A stretch of DNA of 64,000 nt from positions 1,449 through 65,448 of IMG/VR virus record IMGVR_UViG_3300021478_000453. One strand, 5' to 3'. A program made the translations under genes and the position numbers. The DNA comes from a virus. Lineage: Duplodnaviria > Caudoviricetes. Under the pieces are notes generated by a model. The model was not told the DNA's origin. It ran no database searches and saw nothing but the letters and a program-made list of their open reading frames with translations. Shown here one piece after another: positions 9,633 through 18,423 of this stretch (positions within the stretch are counted from its first letter, which is position 1; each line of letters starts with the position of its first letter).

Positions 9633-10088
9633 TCAGAACATGAATATGCCATTTGGATTCCACGACACGACGAGATTGCCGCCGGCGGGCGTGACCGGCA
9701 AACCGGACGTAACCGTGTCGAGGTAGTAGACCAATCGCCAGGTCGTGTTGGCACCGGGGTTGTGCCGATAAAGCACAACAGCCCCGATCGTCCCGGCGAC
9801 GGAGATGAAGGTGCAATCGTTGCCGTCGAAGACGAGACCTGTGCTGCCAGCGACCGTTGCGACACTGACCGTCGGCGCCGTGACCTGCAGCGGCACCCCC
9901 TGCACGTTGGCGCCGAGATCGGTGTAGAACTGGTGTGCCTGGGAGTAGACGTAGTTGGCGCCGCCGATGGTGACCAGCGCACAGTAGACGCCATTGGCAG
10001 CATCGCCCTGATCAAGCGATTTGAGCGTTAGCGCTTCCGTGACCAGCGCTTGCTTCCACTTCGGATAAAGAGCGTTCCCAGTAGCCAT
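9633..10088 (-). CDS. virion structural protein (paralog A)
   Basis: Shares YPKWKQAL...SLDQ...AHQFYTDL...VFDG.D...TWRL.YY.DT...GGN...WN..GIFM with the adjacent gene. Confidence 0.7.
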   Translation of the reverse strand: MATGNALYPKWKQALVTEALTLKSLDQGDAANGVYCALVTIGGANYVYSQAHQFYTDLGANVQGVPLQVTAPTVSVATVAGSTGLVFDGNDCTFISVAGTIGAVVLYRHNPGANTTWRLVYYLDTVTSGLPVTPAGGNLVVSWNPNGIFMF

Positions 10089-10100
10089 CTTCGCTCACTC

Positions 10101-10649
10101 TCAGAGCATGAATATCCCAGCCGCGTTCCAGTTGATGGTGATGTTGCCGCCGTTGGGCTGCACCGGGAAGCCAGCACCTGTGTCGCAGTAGTAGATCAGC
10201 CGCCAAGTGCTGTTCAGACCGGCATTGCGTCGGTAGAGCACGAGGGCATCGACCGTGACAAAGCCCCCGGCCGTGGTTGTGACCTGTAGGAAGGTGGAAT
10301 CGTCCCCGTCAAAGACGGGACCTGGAAAGGTCCCCGCCCCGATATTGACGGTCGGCGTCGTGATCTGCTTGTCCAGCGGCCCCGGATTGGATTGGGGGAA
10401 AGGGCCGTTGAAGACAGCCAATTCATGCCCGCTCCCGACCGTCGGCGCCATGAGGAGATCGGTGTAGAACTGGTGTGCTGCGCTATAGGTGTAGCCGAGC
10501 GCCTGAGTGGGGGTGCCGACGTTCAGCAGCGCGCAGTAGACGGCGTTGTTGACATCGGTCTGATCGAGCGATTTGTTGGCCTGCGCCTCCTGTACCAGCG
10601 CCTGCTTCCATTTCGGATAGACAACATTTCCGGTTGGTCCAGTGCCCAT
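10101..10649 (-). CDS. virion structural protein (paralog B)
   Basis: Start MGTGPTGNVVYPKWKQ with RBS GAGG; paralog of 9633..10088. Confidence 0.7.
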   Translation of the reverse strand: MGTGPTGNVVYPKWKQALVQEAQANKSLDQTDVNNAVYCALLNVGTPTQALGYTYSAAHQFYTDLLMAPTVGSGHELAVFNGPFPQSNPGPLDKQITTPTVNIGAGTFPGPVFDGDDSTFLQVTTTAGGFVTVDALVLYRRNAGLNSTWRLIYYCDTGAGFPVQPNGGNITINWNAAGIFML

Positions 10650-10656
10650 AACGTCC

Positions 10657-10959
10657 TCAAGGAATCTTCGGCGGCACGTATGACGGATCGGTCTGATCGG
10701 GCTCGGGCCGCTCTGCACGCGGATTGAGGATCGGCACCGGATCGGCCGGCAGCACGATCGGCCGCAAGGTCGGATTGGGGAGATCGTTGCAGGCCGGGCA
10801 CACGAGCCAGCCGGTCCTGCGGATCTCGCGGCCGGCATACTGCATGTCCCACGCCAGATCGCGATGATTGTAAAGGAAGCCGCAGCGATCACAGATCGCA
10901 AACGCCGCCGGCTTCTGCGGATCGAGCTTGGCGTGGCCTTTTGGTGCAAAGCTTCCCAA
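10657..10959 (-). CDS. conserved phage Zn-finger protein
   Basis: AFAICDRCGF...WLVCPACND.P.P...DP.PI.NPR. Confidence 0.7.
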   Translation of the reverse strand: MGSFAPKGHAKLDPQKPAAFAICDRCGFLYNHRDLAWDMQYAGREIRRTGWLVCPACNDLPNPTLRPIVLPADPVPILNPRAERPEPDQTDPSYVPPKIP

Positions 10960-10970
10960 CTCATGCGCTC

Positions 10971-11678
10971 CTAGTAGGCTGCATCCGTGTAGATCGCCAT
11001 CGCCGGCACGATGCGCAGCGGCGCGTTCTCGACGTCGCGGTTCTTCGCCTTGGTGAACGCACCGACGGCGCGCGAGGCCAGCTCCTCCATCCGCGCCGGC
11101 GCATAGAGTTCGGCAAGCTTGAACGCGAGCCCCGAGACATACGCCTCAAGAAACCGATAGGGCGTCTCCGGCGTGATGCCGCCCGGGATCACCGCGTCCT
11201 GTAGCTGGCGCGCACGGAAGTAGCACAGCTGCCGCGGCGCCCGGTCATCCGGCGGCTGCCACAACGTAATGGTGGGCAGGATCAGGTGGTTGAACCAGTA
11301 GACCGTCGGATCGCCCGGCGTCACCTTGTCGGGATAGCTTGCGTAGGTATCGCGATCGACCGAGGTGATGATGCGGTCGCGCTGCGGAGGATCGCCCGGA
11401 GGCGTGCCGGTCCTGATCCAGGCCGCCATGATCATCACGGTCGATGGATCGACGTCATAGGTCGCCTTGAACGGCTCGATCGGCGTGGTCGTTTGTTCGA
11501 CCGTCCAGAGATTGACCTGCTCGTTCGACCAATCGACCTGCAGCAGATTCGCCGCCATCGCCGCATCGAAGAGGTGATCGACGCTCAGCGCGTTGCGCCG
11601 GATTTGGCAGCGCCCATAGGCGTGGATGACGATATCGGCGAGCGCCGGATACCATTGGTAGGTGTTGCTCGACGGCAT
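10971..11678 (-). CDS. head-tail adaptor protein
   Basis: DWSNEQVNLWT...YASYPDK...GDPTVYW...PYRFLEAYVSGLAFKLA; located after the capsid genes. Confidence 0.7.
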   Translation of the reverse strand: MPSSNTYQWYPALADIVIHAYGRCQIRRNALSVDHLFDAAMAANLLQVDWSNEQVNLWTVEQTTTPIEPFKATYDVDPSTVMIMAAWIRTGTPPGDPPQRDRIITSVDRDTYASYPDKVTPGDPTVYWFNHLILPTITLWQPPDDRAPRQLCYFRARQLQDAVIPGGITPETPYRFLEAYVSGLAFKLAELYAPARMEELASRAVGAFTKAKNRDVENAPLRIVPAMAIYTDAAY

Positions 11679-11681
11679 TTG

Positions 11682-11951
11682 CTACACCAGCACGACGGGG
11701 ATCGGCGTGACCGGCGCCGCCTTCGTCGCATCGAAGGGGATCGAAAAGACCGTCTGCGTCTCGACCGGCGCGACCGGCACCGAGCCGTCGGTTATCACCA
11801 CGACAGGAATCGCCGCGACCGGCGCCGCCGGAACGGTGCCGACAGCGACGATATGCACGGGCAGCGCAGCCACCGGCGCGAACGGCACCGGAGAGGACGG
11901 CACCGAGCCCACTTGCATCAGCGTCAGCGCACTGGTCGGAGCAATGGCCAT
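11682..11951 (-). CDS. small Pro/Val/Ala-rich repeat protein
   Basis: Repeated G(S/T)VPxAPVAAIPV; RBS GAGGA upstream. Confidence 0.55.
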   Translation of the reverse strand: MAIAPTSALTLMQVGSVPSSPVPFAPVAALPVHIVAVGTVPAAPVAAIPVVVITDGSVPVAPVETQTVFSIPFDATKAAPVTPIPVVLV

Positions 11952-12056
11952 ACCGTTCCTCAAAGGGCGAAGAGGCTGGACCTTGCCCGTGCGAAGAGGG
12001 ACTCCCGTGGCAAGCCGGCCCAGCCTCTTCTAAATTCCCCCGTGGTAGGGGGAACC

Positions 12057-12839
12057 TTATTTCCTGACGTTGAGCGCAAAGTTGACCTTGCGCATCATCT
12101 TGGTGTTGCCGGTGCGTTCGGCCTGCGCCTTCTTGGCCTGCAGGCTTGAGGTCGGGATTTTCTGTCCTTCCTTGGCGCCCATCGCCTTGCGCAGTGAACC
12201 GACGGTCCCTCTGCGTTCCATGCTTTCACGAGCACCAGCAATCCATCCGCCGGCCTTGCGTTTTGGCGGACCAACTTCTTTCACTGAGGGACGTAGATCG
12301 AGGTCGAGTTCTTTCACTGAGGGGCGCTCTAACTCCACATTGGGCAGCGCCGGCCTCTCCTCTTCACTATCGGTCGCGCGCTTGCCGGTGCCGCCATAGC
12401 CCCACTCTTTCGAGGGATGGCGCGTGAACTCCTGCTCGGAGTCCGTCCACGGCGGACGCGGAGCATTGAAGCTGCGGGCACGAAACCCTGGCGGAATAGC
12501 GCCGCCAGCCTGATAGGGACGGCCGGGATTGCGGCCGATCGATTCGACACCCCTCACCACATCACGGGCAACATCAGGCTTTTCGAGAGCAGGCTTGGGA
12601 GTCGGCGCAGGGAGCGCCTTGACCGCGCCACCGCCCTGAAACTTCTGGCGTACGGCGCCATCTGGCGGCGCGTTCGGCGTGTTGGGATTGATCGGCTCCA
12701 CGTCACCAGGCGGCCCGGGTTTGCGGAAGCTCGCCAGCCGATCGGCACGAGGACGTGCTGTGCCGCCCTCAGCTTTGCCGTGGAACGGCAGCCGCGTTTT
12801 CTTCTTCTTCAGGCCGCGAAGGAGGTTCTTGCGTCTCAT
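12057..12839 (-). CDS. basic virion (internal) protein with GG motifs
   Basis: 260 aa. The C-terminus KAGGWIAGA...GSLRKAMGAKEGQKIP...KMMRKVNFALNVRK matches a remembered family of basic podovirus proteins. Confidence 0.65.
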   Translation of the reverse strand: MRRKNLLRGLKKKKTRLPFHGKAEGGTARPRADRLASFRKPGPPGDVEPINPNTPNAPPDGAVRQKFQGGGAVKALPAPTPKPALEKPDVARDVVRGVESIGRNPGRPYQAGGAIPPGFRARSFNAPRPPWTDSEQEFTRHPSKEWGYGGTGKRATDSEEERPALPNVELERPSVKELDLDLRPSVKEVGPPKRKAGGWIAGARESMERRGTVGSLRKAMGAKEGQKIPTSSLQAKKAQAERTGNTKMMRKVNFALNVRK

Positions 12840-13072
12840 TTGCGCGCCCCCTTCATGAAGTGGCCGCGGCGAAACGTGGGCGAGCGGTCGGCGCGCTTGC
12901 TCGATGCGCCGCCACTCACCTTGGCGTGGAAGGTGTTGCCGGTGATGCGCTTGGGGTTGGGCGGCCAGCGTGGGGGCTTGCCGCCCTTGCAGGGGTCGGC
13001 CTCTTCGCCGACGAAATCGTCACGCAGGTCGCGCGGCGAATTGCCGATCGGACCAGAAGGCGGTCGTGCCAT
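12836..13072 (-). CDS. small basic protein
   Basis: 78 aa directly after the major capsid gene, RBS GGAGG. Confidence 0.6.
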   Translation of the reverse strand: MARPPSGPIGNSPRDLRDDFVGEEADPCKGGKPPRWPPNPKRITGNTFHAKVSGGASSKRADRSPTFRRGHFMKGARK

Positions 13073-13097
13073 CGGTAACCTCCATGCGCGCGCCGCC

Positions 13098-14009
13098 TTA
13101 CGCCGTCGGGAACGATCCGTACACGGACCTCCAATCGAAATACGAGAAGGTGTAGCGCTCGCGGCCCTTCACCTTGAGGTTATCCGTGTCGAAATCGACA
13201 TACATGTCCATCTCGAACGCAACACGGTCATAGTAGATCAGGCCGCGCTTGTCGGTCTTGACGTACCAGGCGAAGTTCGACGTCAGGAACTCGTTGACGA
13301 TGTAATCGCGCAAGCCGCCGCCGACGTGCTGAATTGCGTTGACATCGTTGTCGTTGGTTCCCGGACGCAATTCGGTGCGCAGGAGTCGCACGATAATGGG
13401 TTCCAGCGCGGCAGGGACCAGCACCAGCTCCGCGCGTGCCGCAATCTTGATGTTGCGCTCGTCCACCCACGTGTTGCGGATGGTCGTCATCGCGTTGAGC
13501 AGCGTGCTCTCATTGAGATCTACGTCGGCCGCCGGCCGGTTGCCGACCACGCCGACATCAACCGGATGGTTCGTTGCAAAGAGCGCAACCTGGTCGCCGC
13601 CGACGGTCTGGTCGAACACAGTGCCGTTGTTGAAGATGTTCGCCGCGTAGATTTCCTTGGTGACAGCGAACACATCCTGCAGGCCGAGGTTCGACGGATT
13701 GAACTCCGCCTTGTACTGATTGTCCTCCACCGCCTTGCGGGTGATGACGTAGCCGAGGCTCAGCTCCTTCATCTCCGCGCTGTAGAGCCAGCGCTCGCCC
13801 GCTTTCGTGTCGAAGTAGGTCGATGCGCCCTCATTCTTCTCGCGCGCCAGAGGCAGATACGCCATCTGCGTGCGGCGCTCCAAAGCCATCTTGGAATTGC
13901 GCTTTTCAAAGAGGCGCGACCACTTCGTTTCGATCTTGCGATAGCGACCTTCGACCGCGGCCAAGCCGGGGAAAAGCTCGTTCTTGATCGATGCAAGGTT
14001 GATAGCCAT
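13098..14009 (-). CDS. major capsid protein
   Basis: 303 aa: ELFPGL...LGYVITRKAVEDNQY...GGDQVALFATNHP...DFDTDNLKVKGRERYTFSYFDWR. Confidence 0.9.
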   Translation of the reverse strand: MAINLASIKNELFPGLAAVEGRYRKIETKWSRLFEKRNSKMALERRTQMAYLPLAREKNEGASTYFDTKAGERWLYSAEMKELSLGYVITRKAVEDNQYKAEFNPSNLGLQDVFAVTKEIYAANIFNNGTVFDQTVGGDQVALFATNHPVDVGVVGNRPAADVDLNESTLLNAMTTIRNTWVDERNIKIAARAELVLVPAALEPIIVRLLRTELRPGTNDNDVNAIQHVGGGLRDYIVNEFLTSNFAWYVKTDKRGLIYYDRVAFEMDMYVDFDTDNLKVKGRERYTFSYFDWRSVYGSFPTA

Positions 14010-14038
14010 AGCTCAACTCCTTTACGAGCTTGCCCGCG

Positions 14039-14614
14039 TTAGATGCCGATGCCCTTGGTGAGGAACCACTCGTTCGGCATCACCTCGACGATATTGTTCG
14101 CCGAGGTGACGTCGTAGCCGTCGCCAATGAACACCCCGTTATTGGAAGGGCCGAGGATTCTGAATGGGACGGTGGCGCTCGCGCCCGGCACGCCGAGCGA
14201 CCATTTGGAGAAGCCGGTGGTGGAAGCTGCCACCACGACGTCGGCGGTAGCGCCGACATCGGCCAGCGTGATCGGACCGGCGGATGCCTGCACCTCGAAC
14301 ACGACGTTGGGATCGTCAATGACAAAGGCGTCAACCAGCCCGACGGCACCGGCGCCGGGCCAATAGTTGGTCCAGATCGGGTAGCCCATCACGGCGGAGA
14401 GGAAGTGGCAGCCGATAAAGATGCCACGAAAAACGTGCCCGGCGGCTGGAGCAGCAACGGCAACCGTGCCGTCGGCGAGCGCCACCACACCGTCGCCGCG
14501 GTTGAGCGCGCCGGCGGTGTTCTGCATCTTGCACTGGGTAAAATTGCCGGTCCAAGCGGCGCCATCGAAGCGACGGATGGGCTTGAAGCCAAAAGGCGCG
14601 ATGGTGTTCGTCAT
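14039..14614 (-). CDS. capsid decoration / minor capsid protein
   Basis: MTNTIAPFGFKP...GIFIGC...VIDDPNVVFEVQ; directly upstream of the major capsid gene. Confidence 0.75.
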   Translation of the reverse strand: MTNTIAPFGFKPIRRFDGAAWTGNFTQCKMQNTAGALNRGDGVVALADGTVAVAAPAAGHVFRGIFIGCHFLSAVMGYPIWTNYWPGAGAVGLVDAFVIDDPNVVFEVQASAGPITLADVGATADVVVAASTTGFSKWSLGVPGASATVPFRILGPSNNGVFIGDGYDVTSANNIVEVMPNEWFLTKGIGI

Positions 14615-14654
14615 GAGCTGACGCTCCTAGCCGTGCGGGATCAGGTGGATTTCC

Positions 14655-14714
14655 CGCCCGAGCATCGGGCGCAGCTTGCGGCGCGCTTACCCGCGTCCGA
14701 GCATCGGACACGGG
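14655..14714 (-). promoter_or_regulatory. two tandem hairpins with identical CCGATGCTCGG core in the capsid operon leader
   Basis: Inverted repeats at 14655-14671 and 14690-14714. A U-G pair in the second fits minus-strand RNA. Confidence 0.55.
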
Positions 14715-14723
14715 GCCGGAAGG

Positions 14724-15317
14724 CTATTCGTCGCCGGGGATCTCGATCGCCTCGCGCGTGGTGCGGTCGGCGAACACTACCCGGGGCGCACTTCCCTCCG
14801 GCGTCGCGGCCAATGTCGTCTGGTTGACGCGCATGGCGCGAGTCGCCGCCTTAATCTCCTCACTTCTTGCCTTCACTGTCAAGCGCATCGGCCGTTCCAT
14901 CAGGATCATGTCCTTGACCAGGACCGGCCCTTCCGCGCCGTCGGGACCAAAACGTCCAGGGAAATTGTTGTGGTGCACCTCGCGCCAACCCTGGTTGTGG
15001 TACTCGCGCATCTCGGCAAAATCGCGCTTGCCGTAGGTCTCGAACCTCTTCCAGTTGAAATCGATCTCGAGGTCGATTCTGGCCGGATCGCCGCCGTTGG
15101 TCGGCGCATACTGCGCCATGATATCGGCGATATCGAACGGATCGATGTTGGCGTTGCCCTCGCGTAGCCGCTCGCGTGTCGGATCGACGGTCAACCGGAC
15201 AGCGCCGCGCGGGCCATCCCCGGTGCGCGGGAGATCGCGGGGAGAGGGCACACGCCCGTTCGGTTGCTGGGCTGGAGATGATGCCAGGCCCGCCGTTGGC
15301 TCGTTAAGCTCGTTCAT
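14724..15317 (-). CDS. conserved head-region protein
   Basis: FNWKR...GWREV...DMILMERP; lies between scaffold and decoration genes. Confidence 0.65.
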   Translation of the reverse strand: MNELNEPTAGLASSPAQQPNGRVPSPRDLPRTGDGPRGAVRLTVDPTRERLREGNANIDPFDIADIMAQYAPTNGGDPARIDLEIDFNWKRFETYGKRDFAEMREYHNQGWREVHHNNFPGRFGPDGAEGPVLVKDMILMERPMRLTVKARSEEIKAATRAMRVNQTTLAATPEGSAPRVVFADRTTREAIEIPGDE

Positions 15318-15341
15318 TGAACCTCTCCTCTAAAGTATCTG

Positions 15342-16367
15342 TCAGGTGATCGGCGTGACGCGGCCCTCTTTGAGCAGCCGCACGTAGTTGGTCACCCACT
15401 CCTTGATCGGCACGCCCTGCTCCTCGGCGAGGCGGCGCATCTTTGGCGTCACGTTGATCGTGCCGTCGGCGTTGGGCAAGCCAGGCCCTGCGCGCTCGGG
15501 GCCACCGCCGCGCGACACCGGAGCCGCCGTTGACGGCGCCCGCCCAGGTCGGGGGGCCGCCCCACCGCCATCCCCCGCGGGGGCTCTGCCGAGGATGCCC
15601 TCGATGTACTCAAAATAGCCCGCGGTATCGACAATATGGCCCTCGTCCAGGGCACGCTCGTGCGCATCGATGGCGGTGCGCTTGAGCGAGCCGTCGCCGC
15701 GCACCAGCTCGGGATGCTTGCGCAGGAACGCCTGGGTTGACGGGGTGCGGTTCATGATCGCGCGTTCGAGCGGATCGGTCGGCAGCTGCGCCGGCTGTGC
15801 CGCCGGCCGCGTCGTCGTCGGCCGCGCGTGCTGCTGCTTCATCGTCTCGCGCTGCTCGGCGAGCGTCTGCTTGTCACGCTCGAGAATCGCCAGCTGGCCG
15901 CCGAGCTTGTTCAAGCGCTTGTTGATGTCGGCGACGGTCTTGAAATCGCCGTCGGCGTAGGCACCCTCCTGCTGCGACGTCAGCGCGTCCATCTGCTCGG
16001 TCGCGGCGGTGATCTGGTTCTCGGTATAAAGCTCGTAGGTGGTCATGCCGCGCGCTTCGGCCTCGCGGGCAAAGCGGATGGCGTTGTCGCGCTCCTGCTG
16101 CAACCGCTGGTTTTCCTGGGCAGTGGTAGCGCGCGCTCGGCGTTCGTCGTCGATCTGGCGTTCGAGGGCCTTAAGCCCGTCCGCCGCAACAGGCACAGGC
16201 TTAGCCGAGGAGGGACCGGGGACAGGCGCGGGCTTACCCCCAGGCTGGGGCGCGCGCTGCTGCTTCTCCTCCTCGCTCAGGGCTCCCTCTTCAGCCTCTT
16301 TCTCAAGATCGGCGAGATTGAGCGTCAGCTCCTCACCCTCGTCCTCTGCGGTTGCTGCTTCAGGCAT
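15342..16367 (-). CDS. capsid scaffolding protein
   Basis: Acidic N-terminus, coiled coil, C-terminal AAPVSR...RRLAEEQGV..KEW; synteny supports the call. Confidence 0.7.
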   Translation of the reverse strand: MPEAATAEDEGEELTLNLADLEKEAEEGALSEEEKQQRAPQPGGKPAPVPGPSSAKPVPVAADGLKALERQIDDERRARATTAQENQRLQQERDNAIRFAREAEARGMTTYELYTENQITAATEQMDALTSQQEGAYADGDFKTVADINKRLNKLGGQLAILERDKQTLAEQRETMKQQHARPTTTRPAAQPAQLPTDPLERAIMNRTPSTQAFLRKHPELVRGDGSLKRTAIDAHERALDEGHIVDTAGYFEYIEGILGRAPAGDGGGAAPRPGRAPSTAAPVSRGGGPERAGPGLPNADGTINVTPKMRRLAEEQGVPIKEWVTNYVRLLKEGRVTPIT

Positions 16368-16391
16368 AATGATTCCTCGTGGTGTCCCTCG

Positions 16392-16880
16392 TTAGTAAAC
16401 GAACCTCGGATCATCCCACTTGCCGATGATCGCCGTGTCTTTGACGTAGCGGCAATGGATGCGGTTGAGCGTCGCCTGGCGCGCGTCGTGGATGTCCCAC
16501 TGCACCCAATCGCCGATCTCCACGTTCTGATCGTGGAAATAAACCCCCAGCGCCGGCTCGTCACGGAAGGCCAGTGGGCCTTTCCCCACCACAAGCCCGA
16601 CCTTGCCTTGCCACAGCGCCTCGTTGTGGCTCGTGTCGGTGCGGTAGAACTTGGTGCCGTTGGGCAGGATGTCGAACGCCGGGAGATAATAGGTGGCGCA
16701 GCACACAAGGCTGCCCATGAAGCTGCAATGCGGCGTCCAGAGATCGCACCGCTCCATCAGGAACGCCTTGGGATCGCGGGCATACTCCTCGGCCAGCTCC
16801 TCGTTGTTGCCCCACGGCGTCACCGGCGCCTGGTGCATCGTGCCGAGGTTTCCAGCAGCAACTCCTCCGACCTGCAGCAT
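16392..16880 (-). CDS. GroES-like co-chaperonin
   Basis: WQGKVGLVVGKGPLAF...VEIGDWV...CRYVKDTAIIG..DDP; TGATG coupling with the upstream gene. Confidence 0.7.
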   Translation of the reverse strand: MLQVGGVAAGNLGTMHQAPVTPWGNNEELAEEYARDPKAFLMERCDLWTPHCSFMGSLVCCATYYLPAFDILPNGTKFYRTDTSHNEALWQGKVGLVVGKGPLAFRDEPALGVYFHDQNVEIGDWVQWDIHDARQATLNRIHCRYVKDTAIIGKWDDPRFVY

Positions 16881-17110
16881 CAGCGTCCTCTTTGCGGCTC
16901 GTTCATCTCGCGCGCGATATCGCGCATGGCCTTGAGCACCTCCTCGTAGGTGAAGATGATGCCCTTGATGCGAACGAAGGTTTCCCAATCGTTCGCGGCG
17001 AGGACCTGCCGAAGGAGCCCCTCCTCCTTGGCATCGCCGTCAAGCCGCTTGCGGATTTCCCGCGCAAGCCGGTCCGCAAAGGCGACGTCGATCTGATCGA
17101 GCAAGCTCAA
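16880..17110 (-). CDS. hypothetical protein
   Basis: 76 aa helical ORF in operon. Confidence 0.6.
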   Translation of the reverse strand: MSLLDQIDVAFADRLAREIRKRLDGDAKEEGLLRQVLAANDWETFVRIKGIIFTYEEVLKAMRDIAREMNEPQRGR

Positions 17111-17301
17111 AGCTCCGTCTTGTCCGGCACCTTGGCTGCCGCCCTACTAGCGCGCAGCCGACCGAGGCCGGAGCCGGAACCGCCTTTAACGCTACCGCCG
17201 CGCTGATAGCCGACACCTTGATTGTGATGGATTGGCGCAACAAGGCCGCCGCGCCGGGGCGCCGCCTTCTGCACGGAATCGCCGCCTTTATGTTTTTTCA
17301 C
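17107..17301 (-). CDS. small basic GG-motif protein
   Basis: RRGGLV, YQRGGSV, GGSGSGLGRL. Confidence 0.6.
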   Translation of the reverse strand: MKKHKGGDSVQKAAPRRGGLVAPIHHNQGVGYQRGGSVKGGSGSGLGRLRASRAAAKVPDKTEL

Positions 17302-18409
17302 CCTTCTCCTCCTGCTTGATCATCCGCTTGAAGAGTTTGCGATCCTGCGCCTCGTCGTCATGCTTGGCGCTGCCGCCGCGCTTGAAGCCGACCGTTGTCC
17401 CTGGCGCCGGGCGCAGGCGCTGTGACGCCAGCGTATTCGGCGCCGGGATCATCTGCGGCTGGGCCGGGATCGCGGGGCGACCGGAGATCGTCCTGGCGCC
17501 CTGTTGCGCCGGCTGGGGCGTCTGGATGCCGGGCCGAGGCCCGATCAAGCCGCCATAGGGGAGCGTCCCGCCGGCCTGGCGCCGCTTGACCGCCCCACCG
17601 CGCCGCTGCGTTGAGGGTGGCGCCAAATCCGCCGCAGGAGGCGGCGCATCGCCGGCACTGACGCCGGCACTACCAGCATCGCCGCCGCCCAGGTTTACCT
17701 CTTCAGCCGCACTCCCGTCCGCGTCGCTGTCGTCATCGTCGCCCTTCTTCTTGACCGCGCCACCGTTGGCGCGCTTGCTCACCCGGCCGCCCTTCCTGTG
17801 CGCCGACACGGCGTCCTCGACATCGGTCGTCGGCGAGTGGGGGAAGCCGCGGTAAGCGCGACCGACATCGCCGCCGGCCTGCTTCTTCACCACGCCGCCA
17901 CTTTTCATCCCGGGCATGCCGGCGCCGAGCGGACGTGGCGGCAGACCGCCGGCCATCGGGCCCATCGGCGGCCGCGGGAGCATGGGTGGCGCGCCACCGC
18001 CCATCGGCGGGGCGACCGGCGGTGCACCTCCCGCCATCGGGGGCGCCATCGGGGGCGCCATCGGTGGCCGCACCGGGACCGGGACCGGCATGGGATGACC
18101 GCGGCCGCTGCCGCCGCCGCCGCCGAAGCCGCGACCGCCGGAGCCGCCGGGCGCGGCGATGACGATGTTCGTGGTGTGGTGCGGCTTGTGCTTGCCCTTG
18201 ACACGACCGCCGGCAGCCATCCGATCGGGGCGCTTCCTGCCCTTGCCGCCGGAGATCGTCATCGGGGTGGAGCTGCCGGCGTGGGTGCCGGGATAGCTCG
18301 TCTTCTTATACATTTTCGAGTAGCCCCAGGATTTGCCGGCGGTCGCGCCAAGCTTCCCCAGACGCCGCTTCACTGACGCTTTCGCTTCGCCTGCCATCGG
18401 GTGGGCCAT
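17288..18409 (-). CDS. low-complexity basic virion protein with 8 GG motifs
   Basis: Start MAHPM with RBS GGAGG; ends HDDEAQDRKLFKRMIK. Confidence 0.65.
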   Translation of the reverse strand: MAHPMAGEAKASVKRRLGKLGATAGKSWGYSKMYKKTSYPGTHAGSSTPMTISGGKGRKRPDRMAAGGRVKGKHKPHHTTNIVIAAPGGSGGRGFGGGGGSGRGHPMPVPVPVRPPMAPPMAPPMAGGAPPVAPPMGGGAPPMLPRPPMGPMAGGLPPRPLGAGMPGMKSGGVVKKQAGGDVGRAYRGFPHSPTTDVEDAVSAHRKGGRVSKRANGGAVKKKGDDDDSDADGSAAEEVNLGGGDAGSAGVSAGDAPPPAADLAPPSTQRRGGAVKRRQAGGTLPYGGLIGPRPGIQTPQPAQQGARTISGRPAIPAQPQMIPAPNTLASQRLRPAPGTTVGFKRGGSAKHDDEAQDRKLFKRMIKQEEKGEKT

Positions 18410-18423
18410 AGTTTGCCTCCATT

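Noticed and set aside
16392-16880. GroES-like gene as a novelty
   Set aside because: Co-chaperonins in head operons are well known in this phage type.
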